A DNA stretch of 64,000 nt, from the NCBI GenBank assembly GCA_016699385.1, contig CP064974.1, forward strand, positions 532,466 through 596,465. Reading direction: 5' to 3'. The notes under the pieces are model-generated. The model worked only from the letters and a program-made list of their open reading frames with translations. It ran no database searches and was not told the DNA's origin. Of this stretch, positions 9,806 to 18,300 are shown in pieces; the first letter of the stretch is position 1, and each line of letters starts with the position of its first letter. Origin of the DNA: Candidatus Moraniibacteriota bacterium (GTDB lineage Bacteria; Patescibacteriota; Minisyncoccia; Moranbacterales; UBA1568). A program made the translations under genes and the position numbers.

Positions 9806-10402
9806 CTATTTTATGTTATTGAGCAATTCCGCCATCTTTCCACCATTCCATTTGGTGACAACATTGCCATCACTATCAATCTGGACAAATGTATGTTGGT
9901 ATGTAACGCCGTATTCTTTGGCAAGTGCTTTCTCATCGCTATCGGTATCAGTATCATTGTAGTTTACACGAAGAACCGCGACATCCGCCGGCAACTTTGC
10001 GACATTCGCTCGAATATCGCTATCCGCAGGGCGACATATCGGACACCAATTCGCATAGAAGAAAAGAACACGTCGCTTCCCCACTGCCTGATCAAATGCG
10101 CTTTTGGTATAGTCTTCATACTGCCCAGCGTTTTCCGCATCAGGCATCATCGCATCCTCTTTCTCTGGCATCAGAGCATCATCTCCAGATGAAGCATCCT
10201 CATTCATCATAGTATCATCTGACTTCGCATTGTCGCCTTCCATCATTTCACCATCTTCTGCCATAGCGCCTTCTTCTTGTAACTGATCTGTTATCGACGA
10301 CATCATTGACTGGTCATCACCGCTCTTTTGCAGGAGTGCCCACGCCCCGATTCCCAAGGCAACAATCACTCCACCAATAAACAATACTCTTTGACTCTTC
10401 AT
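9806..10402 (-). CDS. membrane-anchored thioredoxin-like protein
   Basis: N-terminal TM, an acidic Met/Asp/Glu-rich linker, then FFYANWCPICRP (WCxxC thioredoxin motif). Confidence 0.75.
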   Translation of the reverse strand: MKSQRVLFIGGVIVALGIGAWALLQKSGDDQSMMSSITDQLQEEGAMAEDGEMMEGDNAKSDDTMMNEDASSGDDALMPEKEDAMMPDAENAGQYEDYTKSAFDQAVGKRRVLFFYANWCPICRPADSDIRANVAKLPADVAVLRVNYNDTDTDSDEKALAKEYGVTYQHTFVQIDSDGNVVTKWNGGKMAELLNNIK

Positions 10403-10637
10403 ATCCTTGTATATTACAAATTATTTTTGAAAATATATCTTCTAAAAAATTTGATTCCATCGTGATTTCACAGCACACAAAATGAAACATTTTTTGTCAT
10501 CGCTTCCGAAAAGTTGAGATTCCTCGACTTCACTCGGATTGACAGGGCTGAATTTTGTTCTGTGTTCCAGATACAGCATTTTCACTATTCTGGGTAAGGT
10601 GAGCTACGATTACTCAAGTGGAGTATCATCAAAAATA

Positions 10638-11009
10638 CTAGCACTGCCGTCTCGCAAAGAATCGCCCAGCAATTTTTGCAAATACCATGCCCGCCAATAT
10701 GGAAGGAATCCATGGATCAATCTTGTGAGAGAACGCCTGAACAACCGTTCCAAGGAGGAGGAGTGTCGCGCCGGCAATATAGGCAAATCGAGCAGCAATA
10801 AACCGATGAAGTTGTTCCCGTTCATCTATCGCGCGTTCTTTCCAGAGAAGCACCGCAAACGCAGCAAATACTGCGACAATGCCTCCGAGAATCGTCATGT
10901 GAACCGCGTCCGTCATCCAGAAATCAAATGGATTCACGAAACAAATCAAGAGAAATACCAAAATACCAACGACAACCTTTTCAGAGAACAAACGTGTAAG
11001 AAACTGCAT
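10638..11009 (-). CDS. hypothetical 4-TM membrane protein (DUF2975-like partner of XRE regulator)
   Basis: Four hydrophobic helices, located immediately downstream of a small HTH gene. That is the classic YozG-like regulator plus membrane protein pairing; the family assignment is by context only. Confidence 0.5.
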   Translation of the reverse strand: MQFLTRLFSEKVVVGILVFLLICFVNPFDFWMTDAVHMTILGGIVAVFAAFAVLLWKERAIDEREQLHRFIAARFAYIAGATLLLLGTVVQAFSHKIDPWIPSILAGMVFAKIAGRFFARRQC

Positions 11010-11026
11010 ACAAGAGAAACTTAAAA

Positions 11027-11230
11027 TTATCTCAGCAAAAAAAGTGTTTCAATGGATTCATCGAAAAACCGAGCGATTTTCAAAGCGAGCACAAGCGATG
11101 GTCCATAGTGTCCTTTTTCAAGAGCAATAATCGTCTGTCGTGTTACACCAACATGCTTCGCCAGCTGTTCCTGCGTTATGCCACGCTGTTTCCGAACACA
11201 CTCCAAGCTATTTTCCAGTATATCGCCCAT
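11027..11230 (-). CDS. XRE-family helix-turn-helix transcriptional regulator
   Basis: [23 protein letters not shown] is a canonical Cro/C1 HTH. The start is set at MGDILENS (the ORF track extends to 11281). Confidence 0.75.
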   Translation of the reverse strand: MGDILENSLECVRKQRGITQEQLAKHVGVTRQTIIALEKGHYGPSLVLALKIARFFDESIETLFLLR

Positions 11231-11411
11231 ACGTTTCTCACACAGAAGAATGCTCACCACATGACAAAAGCTTTTCTCCACTCTTCAGTGTCTCCAGTAT
11301 AAATCAACATATTCCAATGTCAAGTTTACCTTACATTGAAATGTGCAAAAAAAAGACGCCCCGAGAAGGGTCGCCGAGAAAACAACTTAGCCTGCATTTT
11401 TCACTCATCAC

Positions 11412-12131
11412 CTATTTCCCAAACCGCCGCGATCGCCGCGCGTATTCTTCAATCGACTCAGCAAATGCCTGCTCATCAAAATCAGGATAGAGTTTTTCGG
11501 AAAAGTAGAGTTGAGCATCAGCGATATCCCACATCATAAATCCAGCAGAAAGATGTGGCTCCCCACCGGTACGAATAAGGTAGTCGACCGGCGGTAAATC
11601 CCGCGTCATCAACGCGCTTTTCAAACGCTCCGACGAAACCGCCCGCGCCTCAACACCTGACGCAAGTAATGATCGGACAGCCTCAAGCATTTCGTCATTC
11701 CCACTGTAGGCAAGGAAAAAATTGAGCGAGTAGTCATCATAGTTTTTCGTTTCCTCTTCACATCGAAGCAATATCTTCTTGAGACCTTCGGGAAATTGCT
11801 CACGCCAATGACCAATCATGCGAATCCTTGCTCGATCCCGATGCACCGCCTCATTCTCAATCATTCTCGTAAAGTACTCTTCGTACAAACGAAGAAGCTC
11901 GCGCTTCTCCTCAAAAGGACGCTTCGTGAGATTCTCCATAGACGAACCCCAAAACGAAAACGAACGAATACCAAGCTCGCGAGCTTTCTCGATAATTTTC
12001 TCTGTATTTTTGGCACCCGCTTCATGCCCGTCCCAGGGGTCAAGTCCACGCGCCTTTGCCCATCGGCGATTGCCATCTGGGATAAGCGCTACATGAGCAG
12101 GAACAGAAGAAATCGGTCGAGACATACGCAC
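11412..12131 (-). CDS. uppS: isoprenyl transferase (undecaprenyl diphosphate synthase)
   Basis: HVALIPDGNRRWA (consensus H-V-A-I-I-M-D-G-N-G-R-W-A) and the FSFWGSSMEN region. Confidence 0.85.
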   Translation of the reverse strand: MRMSRPISSVPAHVALIPDGNRRWAKARGLDPWDGHEAGAKNTEKIIEKARELGIRSFSFWGSSMENLTKRPFEEKRELLRLYEEYFTRMIENEAVHRDRARIRMIGHWREQFPEGLKKILLRCEEETKNYDDYSLNFFLAYSGNDEMLEAVRSLLASGVEARAVSSERLKSALMTRDLPPVDYLIRTGGEPHLSAGFMMWDIADAQLYFSEKLYPDFDEQAFAESIEEYARRSRRFGK

Positions 12132-12145
12132 AAAAGAAGAGTAGA

Positions 12146-13216
12146 TTAATATTCCCGATTCATCATATAGTCCGCGATACCAACGAGGAAGTTCTTTGCC
12201 TCTCTGGGAAATTCAATCGGAAGAATCTCTTGTTTTCCAGATTCGATACAAGCTCGAGCCGTTTCCTGTGAAGAAGAAAGTGCACCGGACTCCGTGAGAA
12301 TCTCGCGAAACCGATCGATATCAATTCTCGAAAGCGCCTTGCCTTTTCGCAATATCACGGAAAGTTCACTTCGTGAATCTTTTGAAGCAAGCATAAGTGC
12401 TCGCGAAACCAATATCGATATTTTTCCTTCTTCGATATCAGAACCGATTGGCTTCCCTACTTTTTCCTCCGATCCAAACACACCAAGAATATCGTCTTGA
12501 ATCTGAAAGGCAATTCCAAGAGGAACGGCGTATCCTCCAAAGGCAGTTGCAAGTTCCTCGGAACCCCCTGCCAATATCACCCCAAGCTGAAGCGGACCAT
12601 CGATGGTATAGCGCGCCGTCTTATGCTCATACATAGAGAGGATTTCCTTTTCCGTTGCCTTTCCAGCATATTCTATCAAAATATCTTTTGCTTGACCCAC
12701 AACGGTAAACGAGATAATATCCTGCAACTTCGAAAGCGCCCGAAGAATACGCTCAGGAGGAAATCCGGACTCAAAAATAATCTGGTTTCCGAGAGCTCCA
12801 ACCATATCACCCACAATAATCGCCATCGAATTGCCGAAATGTGCCGAATTAGCATGAGGAAACATCATGTCAGCAATTGATCGGAAATGCTCATGCGCCG
12901 TCACCACACCATGCCTCTTCTCGTCGCGATCGATAATATCATCGTGAATGAGAAGGAAGATATGTACCAATTCTATTGAAACAGCTGCGCGAAGCATTCG
13001 TTCCCGATCAGTCCCACCAGCGGCAATATATCCATAGTACATAAACGCCGCCCGCAATCGTTTTCCCCCAGACAAAACTAGCGTCTTCACATATCGAAGC
13101 GACTCGGCCATGAATGGATCATATTTTTCCGTTTCCTTGATGGTTCGATCGAGATAGCGAGCGATTTCCTGATCGACTCGAACCTTGAAATCGGCGAGTT
13201 CTGCATGTACATCCAT
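12146..13216 (-). CDS. polyprenyl diphosphate synthase (IspA/GGPPS family)
   Basis: First DDxxD motif LIHDDIIDRD and second FQIQDDILG. Confidence 0.85.
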   Translation of the reverse strand: MDVHAELADFKVRVDQEIARYLDRTIKETEKYDPFMAESLRYVKTLVLSGGKRLRAAFMYYGYIAAGGTDRERMLRAAVSIELVHIFLLIHDDIIDRDEKRHGVVTAHEHFRSIADMMFPHANSAHFGNSMAIIVGDMVGALGNQIIFESGFPPERILRALSKLQDIISFTVVGQAKDILIEYAGKATEKEILSMYEHKTARYTIDGPLQLGVILAGGSEELATAFGGYAVPLGIAFQIQDDILGVFGSEEKVGKPIGSDIEEGKISILVSRALMLASKDSRSELSVILRKGKALSRIDIDRFREILTESGALSSSQETARACIESGKQEILPIEFPREAKNFLVGIADYMMNREY

Positions 13217-13458
13217 AGTGAAGCAATACCATCAAATACCAAGGCTACAAAGAATCCAGGCGAACCAAAATCACAGCAGACTATGGAGTTTTTGGACAGA
13301 CTCCCAGAGTCACTACAAAAAATCGAAATACAGAGCGATTGTAGCATCGGATACATCGAAAAACAAGAAAAATACGAAGCAAAAATTCCTTCTGTACCAA
13401 GGATACAGTGCATACCTGCCCTACGAGATATTAAACTATAAAGCCAACATATTGTCTA

Positions 13459-13487
13459 GTTGACGCCAAAAATAGCGCACCGTACAA
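13459..13487 (+). promoter_or_regulatory. sigma70-like promoter (TTGACG-17-TACAAT)
   Basis: TTGACG at 13459-13464, a 17-nt spacer, TACAAT at 13482-13487, upstream of the plus-strand gene at 13579. Confidence 0.45.
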
Positions 13488-13578
13488 TAAAAAAGACGGT
13501 CGATCCGACTTCAACGCAAGCGGCATGTTCAGTGATTGCTGTTAATGATTGAATACTAGAAAGGCAGGTGACACACAT

Positions 13579-14229
13579 ATGCAAGACGAACACCAAGAAG
13601 AAGACTACCAGGAAGAAGAGGGTGGATTCAAAGTATGGCTCGAAGACAACCTCCGCATTATCCTGAGCATACTCGTTGTGTTTGCAATAGCTGGCGGTAT
13701 CTATTCGTATTCCCAACGTTCTCAGACTCCTGCATTGACCGAAGAGACCACCACGACAAGCGACGAAGCTGATCAGGCAACCAAGCCAGATGACCAAATC
13801 GCTGAGGGTGAAACCAAAGCGGCACCGGAAGTCAAGAAAGATGACAGTACAACGAAACCAGATACAACGAAGGTGGCAGAGGTTAAGCCCACTGAAACGA
13901 CGCCAGAGCCAACCATGACGGAAAGCAAAGAAACAGAAACCACTTTCGTCGAAACGGCAGCCCGCGGCGACAGCGCCACGCTCCTCGCGCGACAAGCAGT
14001 TGCTAACTTCCTCGAGAAAAATCCCGACTCGGCAATTTCCAGAGAGCACAAAGTGTACATCGAAGATTACCTCAGAAAACACACTGTCTCTGGGCCTATC
14101 CATGTCGGCACCAGCATAGAATTTTCCAAGAGTCTCATACAAGAGGCTATCGGGAAGTCGAAGCAGTTGAACGATCGACAGCTCACGAATCTCAAGAAAT
14201 ATTCTAGCCGAGCCCCCTCTCTTCGCTAG
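13579..14229 (+). CDS. hypothetical membrane-anchored protein with Thr/Glu/Lys-rich linker
   Basis: ATG at 13579, preceded by the extended SD tactagaaaggcaggtg. One TM helix, a low-complexity linker, and a C-terminal globular domain. The overlapping minus-strand ORF is Cys/Phe/Arg-rich and was rejected. Confidence 0.5.
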   Translation: MQDEHQEEDYQEEEGGFKVWLEDNLRIILSILVVFAIAGGIYSYSQRSQTPALTEETTTTSDEADQATKPDDQIAEGETKAAPEVKKDDSTTKPDTTKVAEVKPTETTPEPTMTESKETETTFVETAARGDSATLLARQAVANFLEKNPDSAISREHKVYIEDYLRKHTVSGPIHVGTSIEFSKSLIQEAIGKSKQLNDRQLTNLKKYSSRAPSLR

Positions 14230-14450
14230 ACATTCTCGACAAGCTTCGTCTCCTTTGGAAACAAGTTTTCGGAGAACTCTCGCGTAAGAATCCGATTGAC
14301 ATTGATAGGCAGGATTGATCGATAGATAGAAAAGAATGGAATGACATTTTGAATTTCATTTTCTCCATTTTCGACTTTTCGTTCTTTATTTGCATTCCAA
14401 AGCCCCGCAACGCGGGGTTTTGTGTTTTTTCTCGCAACGCGAGAAATTGC

Positions 14451-14918
14451 CTATTGCTCAAACGCCACCATGTCCCCTTCTTGTATGCCCCACTGTGTAC
14501 AAATGCCGGCATTTACCTCAAGGACACGGTCAGCGGGCTGTTCGGAGTGATACACTTTGTACTGATTACGAAAGTCAACATTTCGTTCAATATGTACGAT
14601 TTTTCCATCACGAATCCAGAGTATGTCGAGTGGAAATCGCATATCTTTCATCCAAAAAGCATATTTACCAGAAGAATCAAAAAGAAACAACATACCACAT
14701 GTATCGCACAACGCATCTCTATTTCCAAGACCACGTTCCCGTTGCTGCTCCGTATCAGCCATTTCAACCGAAAACAAAGCACTGCCAATACGTACATGCG
14801 GACCACCTAGATCAGGCGCATTGTAGAAAAATTTAAAAACGAAAAAAGCAATCAACAGAAAGAATAATACAAGAAAGAAAACGTATTTTTTCATACTTTT
14901 TGAAATTACACGTGACAC
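14451..14918 (-). CDS. DUF192 domain protein, membrane anchored
   Basis: N-terminal TM, FPLDILWI and LEVNAG motifs typical of DUF192/COG1430. Confidence 0.65.
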   Translation of the reverse strand: MSRVISKSMKKYVFFLVLFFLLIAFFVFKFFYNAPDLGGPHVRIGSALFSVEMADTEQQRERGLGNRDALCDTCGMLFLFDSSGKYAFWMKDMRFPLDILWIRDGKIVHIERNVDFRNQYKVYHSEQPADRVLEVNAGICTQWGIQEGDMVAFEQ

Positions 14919-15925
14919 ATAGACAACGCCCTCTTTCGAACCCAGAAAAGAAACATCGTAATAATGATGCCGAGGAAAAGAAGCACTACTGTTTTTCCGA
15001 GAGAGCCCGTTGAAAGAGCAATCACACCAACAATACCCGTATATATCGTATACCCCGCAACAATGTGTCGATCCGACCAGCCAATCTCACGAAGGCGATA
15101 GTGCAGATGGCGGGAATCACCACCATGGAAAGGAGAGAGTCCTAATTGGAGACGCTCGGTAAATACCCACAGTGCGTCAAGTATAGGCAGAGAGAGCACA
15201 AGAATAGCCGTTGCTATCTTGGCGCCCGACAATACCGAAAGTGACGCCAATGAAAAACCGATGAAAAACGATCCACTCGTCCCGGCAAAGAAACGTGACG
15301 GTGGCATATTAAAGAGGAGGAGTCCCAATACGGCGCCAGCAAGCGCCACCGAAAGAATACCGAGCGGTGGCTGATTCACCTGGGGAGAAATCGAGAGAAA
15401 AAGCAAAGCAAGAAATGCCAGCGTGGCAATACTTGGAAGAAGTCCGTCAATACCATCAACCCAATTAAGCACATTCATCACAAAAACAATCCAAAGAATG
15501 AGAACTATGCAACCAATCATTACTCCACCTGGCAACGTATTCACAAATACTTGTCCAACGAAGGGCATTGGTAAGGAAAAAATCCGCATACCAGAGACAA
15601 AAAGCAAAACTCCAAGGAAAAGCTGAAACATCAACTGCGCTTTCCAGCCAAACGTTACCACATCATCCCATATCCCAAAGAGAAGAATCGCTCCAGATCC
15701 CACAATCATACCAGCGATTACTGGCGTCACAATCAATTGCGGGTTCAAAAAAATTGCAAAGAGAAAAGCGATGATAACTGCTCCGCCGCCAAATCGTCGA
15801 ACAGGAAGAGTTCTACACAGCGCGGAGCGCGTTGCATATGTCAGCATCTCCCGAAGCAGGAGGAGAAGAACAACTACTACAGAGAAGCTCACGAGAAACG
15901 GTTGAAAATAGAGTGATACATCCAT
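14906..15925 (-). CDS. glycosyltransferase family 4 polyprenyl-phosphate sugar-1-phosphate transferase (WecA/MraY-like)
   Basis: NVLNWVDGIDGLLPS (the N-x-x-D-G-I-D-G-L motif of the MraY/WecA family), 10-11 TM helices. The ATG at 15925 follows directly the stop of the upstream ORF at 15928. Confidence 0.8.
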   Translation of the reverse strand: MDVSLYFQPFLVSFSVVVVLLLLLREMLTYATRSALCRTLPVRRFGGGAVIIAFLFAIFLNPQLIVTPVIAGMIVGSGAILLFGIWDDVVTFGWKAQLMFQLFLGVLLFVSGMRIFSLPMPFVGQVFVNTLPGGVMIGCIVLILWIVFVMNVLNWVDGIDGLLPSIATLAFLALLFLSISPQVNQPPLGILSVALAGAVLGLLLFNMPPSRFFAGTSGSFFIGFSLASLSVLSGAKIATAILVLSLPILDALWVFTERLQLGLSPFHGGDSRHLHYRLREIGWSDRHIVAGYTIYTGIVGVIALSTGSLGKTVVLLFLGIIITMFLFWVRKRALSMCHV

Positions 15926-15927
15926 GA

Positions 15928-16341
15928 TTAATTCACGAGAATAAGCGCACTTACAACAACAATCGCCGCCACATGAAGGAAAAAAGAGGCAACCATGAGA
16001 ATTGTCCCAGGAGCAAATATTCGATTCCGAATAAATACGAAAGCAAGACTCGTATTTACCAAGAAAAAGAAAGTTGTTACCAATGGAACAAGGAGCGTCT
16101 GCCACAAAGCACCGGTCAGATCAACACCAAAGTACGAATTGTATCGAAGCACCGCCGTGCCATTCCCTATACCAATGAAAAATATTGGCAATCCCCAGAG
16201 TATAACCGTCAGCACGAGCGATACATAGAAGAACGCTGCTGCTGCGCCGCGCCGAAAAAGAGAGGGTGTCTGAAAAACAGACGAGGCTTTCGAAGTATCA
16301 GATATCATAGTGTTCTTGCTCGCCTCTCGCACAACTCCCAC
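15928..16341 (-). CDS. hypothetical multi-TM membrane protein
   Basis: Three to four hydrophobic helices, in an apparent operon with the WecA-like transferase. Confidence 0.45.
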   Translation of the reverse strand: MGVVREASKNTMISDTSKASSVFQTPSLFRRGAAAAFFYVSLVLTVILWGLPIFFIGIGNGTAVLRYNSYFGVDLTGALWQTLLVPLVTTFFFLVNTSLAFVFIRNRIFAPGTILMVASFFLHVAAIVVVSALILVN

Positions 16342-16406
16342 GGAGGAATGTCCTCAGGATATTTTCACAAACTCCGAACTCATTCCCGCACAGAGAAATA
16401 CATCCC

Positions 16407-17540
16407 TCATGAATTCGACTCGGGAGGAATGGCTAGTGACTCAATCGAGTCTGCATCATCTTCAATCCGAGTCCTTGCAATCTGATCTTCTACTTTTCCG
16501 AGACGCTTATCCGCTTCCTCATATTTCTTCGCCGCATTGGTGATATGTCCACCAAGCGTCTCGAATTCCTTGGAGAAACGATCATATTCCCTGCCAAGTC
16601 GATTCAGATTCCCCATGATTTCCTTTGCGCGCTTCTCAATCTGCATGCCCTGAAGCCCCAAAAGAAGTGTCCGCATATACGCATAGAACGAATTGGGCGA
16701 AACCGGAACAATCTTCTTCGAAAAGAGGTACTCCGCCAAACCATCCCCCTCATTGTCTTTCACAACAATCTCATAGTAAACATTTTCTGCCGGAATATAC
16801 ATGAGTGCAAAATCAAGCGTCCCCTCTTCAGGAACAATATACTTTCGCGCAATGGCATCGACATGCTTCCGAACATCGGATGAGAAGAGTTTCCGATATT
16901 GTTTTCGGTCTTCGTCTGAATTTGCTTCAACAAGTTTGCGAAAATTTTCGAGCGGGAATTTCGAGTCCACACTAATAATACCTCCTTTCAAGTGTATTGC
17001 CGCATCAACAACATCTCCACTCTTAAAAGCATACTGAATCGAGTAGTATTCGCGCGGCAACATTTGAGAGAGCATATCTTCGAGCAAGAGCTCTCCGAAT
17101 CCGCCACGAAGCTTGGGGGATCGCAAGATATCCTGGAGTGACCGGACATCCTTCCCTACCTCGAGAATACGATTGCTCGAATGCTTCACTTCTTCGAGTG
17201 CAACTCCAACTTCGGTCCGCACTCGACCCATTTCCGTTCGAACCTCAGTAAACGATCGCGCTGCACCATCGAGTCGACTGTCAAGCCGTGTCGTATTGTC
17301 TTCGAGACGGTGACTCACATTCGCCTGGAAGTTTCCCATCTGTTGCAAAAACGATGACGAAAATCGATGCATATCCTCTACCACATTCCGATGCATCTCT
17401 TCCATTCGCTGCGCCATATCTTCACGCAAAGCATCTGCCTCCGTCATCTCAACTCGTTTTACATTGCGGACCTTATCATATACCAAAAACACAACCGCCC
17501 CCGCAAGAAGAAATGAAATTGAGAAAAAGAGACCCTCCAT
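16407..17540 (-). CDS. rmuC: DNA recombination protein RmuC
   Basis: N-terminal TM, a long coiled coil, LRSPKLRGGFGELLLEDML, VDSKFPLE, ALMYIPAENVYYE. Confidence 0.85.
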   Translation of the reverse strand: MEGLFFSISFLLAGAVVFLVYDKVRNVKRVEMTEADALREDMAQRMEEMHRNVVEDMHRFSSSFLQQMGNFQANVSHRLEDNTTRLDSRLDGAARSFTEVRTEMGRVRTEVGVALEEVKHSSNRILEVGKDVRSLQDILRSPKLRGGFGELLLEDMLSQMLPREYYSIQYAFKSGDVVDAAIHLKGGIISVDSKFPLENFRKLVEANSDEDRKQYRKLFSSDVRKHVDAIARKYIVPEEGTLDFALMYIPAENVYYEIVVKDNEGDGLAEYLFSKKIVPVSPNSFYAYMRTLLLGLQGMQIEKRAKEIMGNLNRLGREYDRFSKEFETLGGHITNAAKKYEEADKRLGKVEDQIARTRIEDDADSIESLAIPPESNS

Positions 17541-17550
17541 ACAAGCAATA

Positions 17551-18153
17551 TTATCGACGAAGTCCAGCAACAAAACGCCTCAGCTCAGGAACCTTATTCA
17601 CTATTTCACGCATCGGATTTTCGAGAAACTCCATCAAAAATCTATCCATCATATTGAGACGATACTGCAATTCTTCACCATTCATAAGGACAAAACGAAT
17701 TTCACGCCCAATCTCCGCTTCAATATATCCCATAGCACTCTTCAATTTCGCACGACTTGGATTGTTGACAACGAGAATCATATCCGCCTTACTCTTTTGA
17801 TAATTCAGGAAAATACCCGATACGAGAAGCAATCGCACATCACCAACTGCCTGCAACTTCTTAAACATACTGTCATATACGCTCGAGTCAGGACGAACAA
17901 AGAGAAGCTGCAACTCATTAAAAAACGGGAAGTTTGGATTTACTGAAAAGATCGGTTTTCCGGCTTTTGTCCGCTCAATGACAAACTTTATTTTTGCCAG
18001 CTGGCGCGCTTCTCGGAGCAGGGGGCTTCGCAGAAGAATCGCTTTTTCAGCAAGTTCTTCAGTAGTGTAGGCTTTCTCGGGATTTAAAATAAAAAGCCGC
18101 AAGAGCCGCGCTCGCGTCTTGGAACCAAACAGCGTTTCAAACATGTCGGACAT
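17551..18153 (-). CDS. hypothetical protein with N-terminal winged-helix-like segment
   Basis: FGSKTRARLLRLFILNPEKAYTTEELAEKA resembles an ArsR-like HTH. The rest is unrecognised. Confidence 0.45.
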   Translation of the reverse strand: MSDMFETLFGSKTRARLLRLFILNPEKAYTTEELAEKAILLRSPLLREARQLAKIKFVIERTKAGKPIFSVNPNFPFFNELQLLFVRPDSSVYDSMFKKLQAVGDVRLLLVSGIFLNYQKSKADMILVVNNPSRAKLKSAMGYIEAEIGREIRFVLMNGEELQYRLNMMDRFLMEFLENPMREIVNKVPELRRFVAGLRR

Positions 18154-18269
18154 ATCGGTAAAGTAAAGAGAACCTACGCCACCTTCCCTTGATTATACGA
18201 ATCGCTCCGAGGAAAGTCAAAGTCCCCACAAAAACCTTCTGAAGATGCTCGTGGTATTGAAGCGAAATA

Positions 18270-18290
18270 CCTCCATTCTGTGATATAATA
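18270..18290 (+). promoter_or_regulatory. extended -10 promoter (TGATATAAT) giving near-leaderless mRNA
   Basis: TGnTATAAT at 18280-18288, only 12 nt upstream of the ATG at 18301. No SD is present. Confidence 0.45.
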
Positions 18291-18300
18291 GATTTCATCT

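Noticed and set aside
13456-14142. Minus-strand 228-aa ORF overlapping the plus-strand gene 13579..14229
   Set aside because: The translation is Cys/Phe/Arg/Trp-rich and low complexity, typical of an antisense frame. The plus-strand frame has an SD, a promoter, and TM-linker-domain organisation.
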